This document shows positions 48,863 to 57,425 of a stretch of DNA of 64,000 nucleotides, piece after piece (the first letter of the stretch is position 1; each line of letters begins with the position of its first letter). The DNA is from Candidatus Microgenomatus sp. (GTDB taxonomy: Bacteria; Patescibacteriota; Microgenomatia; UBA8517): positions 40,271 to 104,270 of the forward strand of contig DYGT01000002.1 in NCBI GenBank assembly GCA_020724555.1. The letters are read 5' to 3'. The notes below the pieces were generated by a model, which searched no databases, was not told the origin of the DNA, and worked only from the letters and a program-made list of their open reading frames with translations. A program made the position numbers and the translations under genes.

Positions 48863-48953
48863 ACCTGCTCACATTAACTGTTAGCCGGACCGTAAAGAGG
48901 TTTTTAAAATCTTAAATAGGCCCGGCTTTATTTTTATCTGCTAAAATAGAAAT

Positions 48954-51900
48954 ATGAGTGAATTTGTTCACCTTCATACTCATACTGAATACAGCCTTTT
49001 GGATGGACTTAGTAAAATCAAAAAGTTAATTAGCTACATAAAAGAGCTTAGCATGGATAGTCTGGCAATTACCGATCATGGAGTCATGTATGGAGCCATA
49101 GAATTTTATAAAGAAGCCAAAAACCAGGAAATTAAGCCAATAATCGGGATGGAGGCATATATCACGCAGGACAGACTGCTTAAACAAAAGGGTACACAAA
49201 AAAATAATCATTTACTACTTCTGGCTAAAAATTTGGAAGGGTATAAAAATTTAATGAAATTAACGTCTATCGCCCATTTGGAAGGTTATTATTATAAACC
49301 CCGCATAGACCACGATATTTTAAAAAAATATTCCAAAGGGCTAATCGTGTCCTCAGCATGTGCCCAGGGAGAAGTGGCGCAGGCAATTTTAAATGATGAT
49401 TACGGGGAAGCAAAAAAAATAATTGATTGGTATTTGGATGTTTTTGGCGATGATTATTATCTTGAAATTCAAAGACATTTTTATGATGAACACGCACAAA
49501 ATGCACAAAACGAAGAAATCAAACGCGATCTAACCACCATGGCCCGCAACGAAAAGATTATAAATAAAAATATCATCGAACTAAGCAGAGACTATGGAAT
49601 CCCAATAATTGCCACAAACGATGTGCATTATATCAAAAAAGAAGATGCGCAAGCCCAAGACGCTTTGGTGTGCGTGGCAACCGGCAAAGAAGTAAGCGAC
49701 ATCCACAGGCTCCGGTTCGTAGATTCCCCGTCATACTACATAACAAGCCCCGAGGAAATGAAAGAAATGTTCGCCGATGTGCCAGATGCGGTTGCCAATA
49801 CTCTGGCTGTTGCCAATAAATGTAATTTGGAAATAACGCTAGGAACTTATTTTTTTCCAAAAATAGACTTACCCGAAGGTAAAAGCGCCGATGAAGTATT
49901 GAAACAAAAGGCCAACGAAGGGCTTAAATGGCGTTACGGTAAAATTACAACAGAACTTAAAAAAAGGTTGGATTACGAGCTCGGTGTCATTATCGACAAA
50001 GGCTATTCTGCGTACTTTTTAATCTACCAAGACATGGCTTATTGGGCAAGAAAAAGACGCATCCCCATTAACATCCGTGGGTCTGTAGCAGGATCATTGG
50101 CTTCTTATGCTTTGGGGATCACCACCGTGGACCCTATCCGCTTTAATCTTCCCTTCGAACGGTTTTTAAACCCTTATCGACCAAGCGCGCCCGATATCGA
50201 CCTCGATATCGCAGACGACAAAAGAGGGGATATGATCAAATACTTAATTGACAAATACGGTAAAGATAAAGTCGCACAAATATGTACTTTTGGGCGGATG
50301 CTGGCACGAGGCTCTGTGCGCGATATTGCCCGAGTTCTTGGTTACCCCTATGAGGTTGGCGATAAAATCTCAAAACTTATTCCCCTCGGGTCTCAAGGCT
50401 TTCCCATGACAATTAAGCGGGCTTTGGAGGAAAGCCATGAGCTGCGCGAACTTTACAACAACGATGGCGACGCAAAAAAAATCATCGACCTGGCACGTAA
50501 GATAGAAGGAAACGCCAGGCATGTATCGGTGCATGCCGGCGGAGTAGTGATTTCACCCACAGACCTAACGGATTTTACTCCACTACAAATTGACACCTCG
50601 GATGAAAAAAAGCTAATTACACAATATGAAATGCATGCTATAGAGGATGTTGGATTGGTAAAACTTGACGTCTTGGGAATCAGAAACCTTTCTATTTTAC
50701 GGGAATCGGTTGCGTTAACAGAAAAAACCACCGGTAAAAAAATTGATATCGGCAATATTCCCCTTGATGATAAAAAAACATTTGAGATGCTTGCTCGGGG
50801 CGAAACCATGGGAGTCTTTCAATTATCCAGCGGTGGCATGACAAAACACTTGGTGGAACTTAAGCCCGAAAGGATTGAAGATATTATGCAAATGGTGGCC
50901 CTTTACCGACCCGGTCCTATGGCCTTTATACCGGAATATATCAAAAGAAAACACAACCCCAAACTCGTTAAATATATGGATCCCCGAATGGAGCGTTTCT
51001 TAAAAAGCTCATATGGAATTCTGGTTTATCAGGATGATGTTATTTACTGCGCCTTAGAATTGGCCGGATATGACTGGGGAGAGGCAGACAAGTTCAGGAA
51101 AGCAATCGGTAAAAAAATTCCAGAAGAAATGCAAAAACAAAAAGATAAATTTATCAACGGCTGCATTAAAGGAGGTATGGATGAAAGTCTTGCAAAAGAG
51201 CTATTTTCCCAGATTGAAACGTTTGCCGCATACGGATTTAATAAAGCTCATTCGGCTAGTTATGGTTTTGTTGCCTATCAGACGGCTTATATGAAAGCCA
51301 ATTACCCGGTAGAATACATGACTGCCTTTTTAACAGCCGAGTCTGGAGATACAGACAAAATATCGTCCGCAATAAACGAATGCCGAAGGATGGGAATAAA
51401 AGTACTGCCACCGGATATAAACGAAAGCGATACCGGCTTTACCATCGTAAAAGACGAAGAATCCCTGGATAAAAAAGCCATCCGTTTTGGCTTATCTGCC
51501 ATTAAAAACGTGGGGGAAAGCGCGGTTATGGCCATTTTGGACGCCAGGCATGAACGGCCATTTAATTCTCTTGCCGATTTTCTAAGCAGGGTGGACTCAC
51601 GCAAAGCAAATAAACGCGTTGTAGAAAGCCTAATAAAAGTTGGCGCCTTGTCTGCTTTTGGCAACAGAAATGCACTGCTTTCATCCATAGACGAAATTAA
51701 AAGCAAACTCAAGCCTACCGGATTAAAAGGGCAGCAGGATTTGTTTTCCCTGGGAAATGATGAAAAAAAAGCAGAAGATTCTTCGTATAATATCCAAAAA
51801 ATAATTTCCGATATCAACGAATTTCCCGACGATGAATTGGAAAGCCTTGAAAAGCAGCTGCTGGGCTTTTCCTTATCTGCCAAGCCTCTGCACGAAGTTA

Positions 51901-52436
51901 TTCAACAGCTGATTCCGTACCGATCTCACGCCATAAAAGATTTAAATCCGGAAGAAATAACGGATACGGGTGAAGTTAAAATTGCCTGTGTCGTAAAAGA
52001 AATCAGGGTAATTACTACCAGAAAAACCGGGGCCGAGATGGCTTTTGCCAAAGTCGAGGACGAAAGTGGCTCTACCAATATTGTGGTCTTCCCAAAAATT
52101 TATGCACAAACTAAAAATATCTGGAGCGACTATAGACCACTTTTACTTACCGGCAAAATCGAAAACCGCGAAAATGAACTAGCGCTTTTAATCAATCAGG
52201 TAGAAACCGAGAATAGTGTAGAAGCTAAAACCGGAACACTTCAGATAAGCGTTCCCCAAAATATTAATAAAGAAAAACTATTAATGCTAAAGGAGTTATT
52301 GTTGAAAAATCCGGGCAATCACGCCGTTTCTATGCGTTTTGAGAGTAGCGGCAAGTCCATGATTTTGCCCTTTAAAATTGACTGGAACGAAAATCTGTCG
52401 CGGGAAATATCCACACTTTTCAACTCTTCCGGTTGA
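48954..52436 (+). CDS. dnaE: DNA polymerase III alpha subunit
   Basis: HLHTHTEYSLLDG, RGSVAGSL, PDIDLD, KLDVLG and FNKAHS motifs. Confidence 0.98.
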   Translation: MSEFVHLHTHTEYSLLDGLSKIKKLISYIKELSMDSLAITDHGVMYGAIEFYKEAKNQEIKPIIGMEAYITQDRLLKQKGTQKNNHLLLLAKNLEGYKNLMKLTSIAHLEGYYYKPRIDHDILKKYSKGLIVSSACAQGEVAQAILNDDYGEAKKIIDWYLDVFGDDYYLEIQRHFYDEHAQNAQNEEIKRDLTTMARNEKIINKNIIELSRDYGIPIIATNDVHYIKKEDAQAQDALVCVATGKEVSDIHRLRFVDSPSYYITSPEEMKEMFADVPDAVANTLAVANKCNLEITLGTYFFPKIDLPEGKSADEVLKQKANEGLKWRYGKITTELKKRLDYELGVIIDKGYSAYFLIYQDMAYWARKRRIPINIRGSVAGSLASYALGITTVDPIRFNLPFERFLNPYRPSAPDIDLDIADDKRGDMIKYLIDKYGKDKVAQICTFGRMLARGSVRDIARVLGYPYEVGDKISKLIPLGSQGFPMTIKRALEESHELRELYNNDGDAKKIIDLARKIEGNARHVSVHAGGVVISPTDLTDFTPLQIDTSDEKKLITQYEMHAIEDVGLVKLDVLGIRNLSILRESVALTEKTTGKKIDIGNIPLDDKKTFEMLARGETMGVFQLSSGGMTKHLVELKPERIEDIMQMVALYRPGPMAFIPEYIKRKHNPKLVKYMDPRMERFLKSSYGILVYQDDVIYCALELAGYDWGEADKFRKAIGKKIPEEMQKQKDKFINGCIKGGMDESLAKELFSQIETFAAYGFNKAHSASYGFVAYQTAYMKANYPVEYMTAFLTAESGDTDKISSAINECRRMGIKVLPPDINESDTGFTIVKDEESLDKKAIRFGLSAIKNVGESAVMAILDARHERPFNSLADFLSRVDSRKANKRVVESLIKVGALSAFGNRNALLSSIDEIKSKLKPTGLKGQQDLFSLGNDEKKAEDSSYNIQKIISDINEFPDDELESLEKQLLGFSLSAKPLHEVIQQLIPYRSHAIKDLNPEEITDTGEVKIACVVKEIRVITTRKTGAEMAFAKVEDESGSTNIVVFPKIYAQTKNIWSDYRPLLLTGKIENRENELALLINQVETENSVEAKTGTLQISVPQNINKEKLLMLKELLLKNPGNHAVSMRFESSGKSMILPFKIDWNENLSREISTLFNSSG

Positions 52437-52469
52437 AAATGACCCACGCTTTAGGTTACAATAGCACAC

Positions 52470-52862
52470 ATGGCAATCACTGCAATCCACAAGGAAACAA
52501 AGTTTGGCGTTGGAGATATGATACGTGTCCATCAACAAATTACGGAAGAGGGTAAAAAAACCCGTACTCAGGTTTTTGAAGGGATGGTTATTGGTATAAA
52601 AGGTAAAGGTAATGGCAAAACCTTTACGGTGAGAAAAATTGGTTCACAAAAAATTGGTATTGAACAGATTTATCCCATTAACTCACCGGTAATTGAACAA
52701 ATCCAGGTAGTACGCGAAGGAAAACGTGGAGTACGAAGGGCAAAGCTTTACTATACTCGCGACAAAAGTACACGTCAGATTGAAAACATCTATTCACGCG
52801 CAAGAAGGCGTGAAGAAGCAAAAAAATCTGCTCCAAAAAAGTCCACCCCCAAAAAGTCTTGA
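52470..52862 (+). CDS. rplS: 50S ribosomal protein bL19
   Basis: FGVGDMIRVH, QVFEGMVI, TFTVRK and VRRAKLYY motifs. Confidence 0.96.
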   Translation: MAITAIHKETKFGVGDMIRVHQQITEEGKKTRTQVFEGMVIGIKGKGNGKTFTVRKIGSQKIGIEQIYPINSPVIEQIQVVREGKRGVRRAKLYYTRDKSTRQIENIYSRARRREEAKKSAPKKSTPKKS

Positions 52863-52886
52863 CTTTTATAAACTATCCCATATAAT
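52859..52886 (+). promoter_or_regulatory. Sigma70-type promoter for the tRNA-like RNA
   Basis: TTGACT (52859)-16 nt-TATAAT (52881). Confidence 0.65.
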
Positions 52887-52897
52887 TAAACTCTAAC

Positions 52898-52976
52898 GCG
52901 CCCGTAGCTCAATGGGTTAGAGCACTCCGATAGTATTGCTGTCGGAAAGAAACAGGTTCAAATCCTGTCGGGCGTT
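52898..52976 (+). ncRNA. tRNA-like RNA with an aberrant anticodon arm
   Basis: Acceptor GCGCCCG/CGGGCGT, D arm GCTC-AATGGGTTA-GAGC and T arm ACAGG-TTCAAAT-CCTGT are intact; anticodon arm is TCCGATAG-TATTG-CTGTCGGA (8 bp, 5-nt loop). Confidence 0.75.
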
Positions 52977-52978
52977 TT

Positions 52979-53053
52979 GGGAAGCGGCATTGAAACAGCG
53001 CGGGTACCCTTACCCTACCTATCCCCAGCCAACTCTGTTAAATGCCGCTTCCC
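52979..53053 (+). ncRNA. Long-stem hairpin with a C-rich apical region, directly after the tRNA mimic
   Basis: GGGAAGCGGCATT/AATGCCGCTTCCC 13 bp, AACAG/CTGTT 5 bp, inner GGGTA-CCCT-TACCC. Confidence 0.55.
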
Positions 53054-53111
53054 TACGAAATACTTTAAACTCCAAAACTTGCTTCTTTATTTTAAGTAGT
53101 ATAATGACTTA

Positions 53112-53612
53112 ATGGTAATTTTAGGAATTGACCCCGGTACGGCAACCACTGGCTACGGCATAATTGAAACCAATGGCGACAAAACTATAAAGGTTATAGA
53201 GTATGGACTCATCGAAACCAGCAAAGACACAAGTGCAGGGAAGCGCCTTGCCAGTATCCAAATCCAATTAAGCAAAATCATATCAGATCATAAACCCGAT
53301 GTTTTGGCTATCGAAAAGCTTTTTTTTGCCACAAACGCAAAAACAGCCATCCGTGTTGGCCAAGCACAAGGCGTGATGCTCTATAGTGCGGCAATCGCAG
53401 GAATACCTGTATATGAATACGCACCCGGAAGTATAAAAAAAATTGTGTCCGGAAATGGTCGAGCCGATAAATTGGATATCCAAAAAGCGGTCCGCAAATT
53501 TCTTGGCGCAAAAGTGAGAAAGAAGAAGGGAGGAAAAACACACTTTGATAACGCAGCCGACGCCTTAGCCGTAGCCATCTGCCACATTACTAATCAAAAT
53601 GGAAAAATATAA
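53112..53612 (+). CDS. ruvC: Holliday junction resolvase RuvC
   Basis: LGIDPG, AIEKLFF, GRADK and DNAADALAVA motifs. Confidence 0.96.
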   Translation: MVILGIDPGTATTGYGIIETNGDKTIKVIEYGLIETSKDTSAGKRLASIQIQLSKIISDHKPDVLAIEKLFFATNAKTAIRVGQAQGVMLYSAAIAGIPVYEYAPGSIKKIVSGNGRADKLDIQKAVRKFLGAKVRKKKGGKTHFDNAADALAVAICHITNQNGKI

Positions 53613-53850
53613 AATAGGAGAAGTTATTCATTATTATGATAAGATCAAAGTTGCCATTGTGGATTTGACTAACTCTTTGGCAGTGGGGGATAGAGTCCGT
53701 TTTGTTCGTGGCGGAGAGGATCTTTTTACTCAATATATAGAATCTATCCAAATAGAAAATGAAAAAGTTGAAATCGCTAAAAAAGGTGAAACTGTTGGAA
53801 TTAAAACCCAAAAGCCAGTCAAGGAAGGGGCGGAAATCTACAAAGATTAA
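53599..53850 (+). CDS. Small beta-barrel protein (U32 peptidase C-terminal / elongation factor domain-like)
   Basis: IGEVIHYYDKIKVAIV..VGD..QYIESIQIE..AKKGETVGIK pattern. Confidence 0.75.
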   Translation: MEKYKIGEVIHYYDKIKVAIVDLTNSLAVGDRVRFVRGGEDLFTQYIESIQIENEKVEIAKKGETVGIKTQKPVKEGAEIYKD

Positions 53851-54229
53851 AAGCATCAGGTGGCAGGAGGCTCGCGATATTGCTACCCGCATTAACCATT
53901 TAATCAAAGCAGCAAACTTAACCTGGATTAACCAAAAAAATATAAGCTGTTACCGCTCAACTAATGCTAATACCAATGCCCGTGCCCGCATTTGGGGATT
54001 GGGCAGAATTTGGCAGCTTGCTTTAAACAAAGAGCCCCACTATATTATTGAGGTAATTTCCGAAAAATTCGACAGATTGCCACAAGCAGAAAAGGACCGT
54101 ACACTTTTACACGAACTGGCTCATATACCTAAAAATTTTAGCGGTGCAGTCTTACCACATACCAGACGGGGAAAAGGCAGTTTTTATAATAAACTTTCAA
54201 ACATGATTAAAGCCTATGAAATGAAATGA
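53759..54229 (+). CDS. Putative metallopeptidase (HExxH)
   Basis: ARIWGL..W, YIIEVISEKF and LLHELAHIP motifs; start uncertain. Confidence 0.78.
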   Translation: MKKLKSLKKVKLLELKPKSQSRKGRKSTKIKSIRWQEARDIATRINHLIKAANLTWINQKNISCYRSTNANTNARARIWGLGRIWQLALNKEPHYIIEVISEKFDRLPQAEKDRTLLHELAHIPKNFSGAVLPHTRRGKGSFYNKLSNMIKAYEMK

Positions 54230-54897
54230 AAATAACAGTTATCCATGGAGAGCACGAAACAGGCTCAAGAGAGCGCTATTTTAAAATAATGGCCACAGTA
54301 AAATCCCGCGGCTGGGAAGTTGTTCACCTTAATTCGGGGAACGTCTCTGCACTTGACCGATTGACTACACCATTTATGTTTAACAAAAACCAATTGTATG
54401 TAATAGATGATTTGGATAAAATACCCGCGACCGAGCTAAAATGGCTCAGAAAAAACGAAAACAGGCTTGAGGCTAATTTGCTCATCTGGCACAAAAAAGA
54501 GTTAGGCAAAAAATTAATAAATGAACTGCCAAAAAATACAAGCTTTGAGCTGTTTAAACTCCCCAAACTCATTTTTTCTTTTTTAGATGAAATTAAGCCC
54601 GGTAGCTCAAGAAATGCTCTAAAAAAATTGCAAACTATTAAAAAGACCGAGCCATTGGAGTTTGTATTGGCATTAATTGCAAATTTGCTACGAGATATGA
54701 TGGCCGTTAAGGCGGGCGGAAAACTGCCTTATCCAGCCTGGCGAATAAAAAAGATAAAAACGCAAGCCGGCTATTTTTCCAAAGATAGCTTAAAAAAATT
54801 TATTAACGACTTGGCACTCATAGATGTTGAGGCAAAAACAGGCGGGGTAGGCCTTGAGACTTCGCTTGACCTGATCCTTTTGAAACATCTAGAATGA
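54226..54897 (+). CDS. holA: DNA polymerase III delta (HolA)-like protein, reduced
   Basis: VIHGE, TPFMF, IFSFLD, PAWRIKK and LIDVEAKTG motifs. Confidence 0.7.
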   Translation: MKITVIHGEHETGSRERYFKIMATVKSRGWEVVHLNSGNVSALDRLTTPFMFNKNQLYVIDDLDKIPATELKWLRKNENRLEANLLIWHKKELGKKLINELPKNTSFELFKLPKLIFSFLDEIKPGSSRNALKKLQTIKKTEPLEFVLALIANLLRDMMAVKAGGKLPYPAWRIKKIKTQAGYFSKDSLKKFINDLALIDVEAKTGGVGLETSLDLILLKHLE

Positions 54898-54907
54898 AAG
54901 ATAAGAA

Positions 54908-56329
54908 ATGAACACCTCAATCAACCCCAATATATTTAGAGGATATGACATCAGGGCGCTTGTAGGAACAGATATTAACGAACCGACAATGGATATTTTG
55001 GGCCGTGCATATGCTACTTTTTTATATAGAAGGCAAATCAGACACGCAGTGGTAGGCAGGGATATGAGAGAAACTTCAGAAAATTATCAAAAAGTATTTA
55101 TGAATGCACTCTTGGAATCCGGAATTAATGTAGTGGATATAGGGCTTACGCTTACACAAATTATGTATTTTGCCCAATACTACTACCTGACAAAGGGTGG
55201 GGCTATCATAACAGCATCCCATAACCCAAAAGAATATAACGGTTTAAAACTGGCGGTTGGTTTTTCGGATACGCTTATCACGAGCGAAATTCAGGAACTA
55301 AGGCAAATAGCTGAAAGCGGTGATTTTAAATCATGGGGAGCCAAGGGTTCATATCAAGAAGATGACGTATTTCCTGCTTACAAAGAAGATTTACTTAAAC
55401 GAGTTCCACTCAAAAATTTAGGCTTAAAAGTGGTTATAGATTCCAGTAATGCAACAACCGGAATTTTTTTGCCGGAGATCTTGCGGAGTGTGGGGTGTGA
55501 AGTGATTGAACAAAACACAAACTTGGACGCAAGCTTCCCCCTGGGAACACCGGATCCCACGGAAAAAACCGTACTTGAGCGCCTAGCAAAAAGGGTATTA
55601 TTAGAAAATGCCGATTTAGGTTTGACATACGATTCAGACGGCGATCGAGTGGGATTTGTTGATGGCGAAGGAAACCTTATCTGGAACGATATCCTAGTCG
55701 CATTGTTTGCCAAAGATATCTTGTATTTTCTACCACAAAGCCCCATAGTATTTAACACCCTTTGTTCCAAGGCAGTCTCTGATGTTATTGTTTCACTCGG
55801 GGGAAAACCGATTATAGAAAAAACTGGGCATAGCTTTATTAAGGCCCGGGTCAAAGAAGAAAGGGCACCGTTTGGCGGGGAATTGTCCGGTCATTTTTTC
55901 TTTATGGATAATTTTTACGGACACGACGATGGAGCATTTTCAACTTTACGCTTACTGCAATATTTAGACAGGACACAAAAAAGCCTTAAAAAAGCATTGT
56001 CCGAAATACCAAAATATGTATCCAGCCCCGAGATTAAACTAGGTCTTGTTGATGAAATTAAATTCGAGCTTGTTAATAAGCATATCTCTCAAGATATACA
56101 AATGCTTTTTCCTAACGCGCAATATACTGACATTGACGGCTTTCGTGCGGATACAGAAGAGGAAATGGTTATTATCCGCGCCAGCCAAAACGGACCTTAT
56201 ATTACAATAAAATTCGAAGGAAAAACACAGTCGCAGTACGACTCGTTGAAAAAAAACATCAAAGCAATCCTTTTAAAATATAAACAAATAAAATGGGAGG
56301 AAGGCGTTAATATAAACGCTCTTGAATAA
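54908..56329 (+). CDS. Phosphomannomutase/phosphoglucomutase
   Basis: IFRGYDIR, TASHNP, DSDGDR and GELSGH motifs. Confidence 0.95.
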   Translation: MNTSINPNIFRGYDIRALVGTDINEPTMDILGRAYATFLYRRQIRHAVVGRDMRETSENYQKVFMNALLESGINVVDIGLTLTQIMYFAQYYYLTKGGAIITASHNPKEYNGLKLAVGFSDTLITSEIQELRQIAESGDFKSWGAKGSYQEDDVFPAYKEDLLKRVPLKNLGLKVVIDSSNATTGIFLPEILRSVGCEVIEQNTNLDASFPLGTPDPTEKTVLERLAKRVLLENADLGLTYDSDGDRVGFVDGEGNLIWNDILVALFAKDILYFLPQSPIVFNTLCSKAVSDVIVSLGGKPIIEKTGHSFIKARVKEERAPFGGELSGHFFFMDNFYGHDDGAFSTLRLLQYLDRTQKSLKKALSEIPKYVSSPEIKLGLVDEIKFELVNKHISQDIQMLFPNAQYTDIDGFRADTEEEMVIIRASQNGPYITIKFEGKTQSQYDSLKKNIKAILLKYKQIKWEEGVNINALE

Positions 56330-56331
56330 AT

Positions 56332-57408
56332 ATGGAAAACCGCCTACCCAATAGTTTAAACGAAATCGAGCACCTTGATGTTTTAAATTCAACACGCCTC
56401 CTCGCAGACCAGATAGAGGATGGCTATAATTTGGTAAAATCCCAACTAAACCCGCAAAAATGCCAGCTTGCAAGACGCGTAATAATTTGTGGTATGGGTG
56501 GCTCCGCGCTTGCCGGACGGGTAGTTAAAAGCATTTTTGAATCATACGCCCGCTGCCCTCTAGAAATTATAAACCACTATCAGCTACCTCAGTCTGTCGG
56601 CAACGACACTTTGGTAATAATATCTTCTTATTCCGGAAATACAGAAGAAATAATAAGCGTTTACCACCAGGCCGTATCTCAAAACGCACAAATTTTTATA
56701 ATAACTTCCGGCGGCAAATTAAGCGAAATGCCGGACCGCGAAATTGTAGACAAATTTATATTTAATACAGATAAAAATCCCAGCAAGCAACCAAGGCTTG
56801 GCACAGGATATAGCCTTGGGGCAATTTTGGCAATTCTATCGGGCTGCGACTTTATAAGCCTTTCTTGGGAGCAACTATCTGAAAGCATTAAGGATTTGCG
56901 GAACTTTTTGTCGGATTTTGCTGTGGACAAATTCGAAGACGAAAATCCTGCCAAAAAAATGGCCTTAGCACTTTTTAACCGTTTTCCGGTTCTTATCGCC
57001 AGCGAGCATTTGGTTGGTTCAATCCATGTTTTTAAAAACCAGCTAAACGAAACAGACAAAAATTTTGCAGTTTACTTTGACATACCGGAGCTTAACCACC
57101 ACCTTATGGAGGGTTTGAAACGCCCGCCGGACCTAAAAAAAATTATGATTTTTGTATTTTTTGTCTCTAACCTTTATCATCCCCAAGTAATTAAGCGCTA
57201 CCCTTTGACAAAAGAGGTGGTTGAAAAACAGGAAATTGCCACACTTGAATACCATCTGCAGTCACAAACGCGTTTGTCACAGTCTCTTGAGCTATTGGCG
57301 CTTTCCTCATATGTACAGTTTTATTTGGCATATTTATATAAAGAGGACCCCAGTTCAATTCCCTGGGTGGATTATTTTAAAAAGAGTCTTGCAAATAATA
57401 ATCAATAA
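56332..57408 (+). CDS. Bifunctional phosphoglucose/phosphomannose isomerase (SIS, archaeal type)
   Basis: CGMGGSALAG, SYSGNTEE, QPR, NQLNE and PELNHH motifs. Confidence 0.9.
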   Translation: MENRLPNSLNEIEHLDVLNSTRLLADQIEDGYNLVKSQLNPQKCQLARRVIICGMGGSALAGRVVKSIFESYARCPLEIINHYQLPQSVGNDTLVIISSYSGNTEEIISVYHQAVSQNAQIFIITSGGKLSEMPDREIVDKFIFNTDKNPSKQPRLGTGYSLGAILAILSGCDFISLSWEQLSESIKDLRNFLSDFAVDKFEDENPAKKMALALFNRFPVLIASEHLVGSIHVFKNQLNETDKNFAVYFDIPELNHHLMEGLKRPPDLKKIMIFVFFVSNLYHPQVIKRYPLTKEVVEKQEIATLEYHLQSQTRLSQSLELLALSSYVQFYLAYLYKEDPSSIPWVDYFKKSLANNNQ

Positions 57409-57425
57409 CCGCTATAGTGATAAAG

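Noticed and set aside
52898-53053. tmRNA, SRP RNA, 6S RNA or intron-containing tRNA as identity of the tRNA-like locus
   Set aside because: It has a full D stem, no tag ORF or G3-U70, and no SRP domain IV motif; the hairpin is too short for 6S and the insert too short for an intron
53069-53078. ACTCCAAAAC shared by the ruvC and uvrB upstream regions
   Set aside because: A single 10-mer in A-rich DNA with no dyad or repeat structure; could be chance
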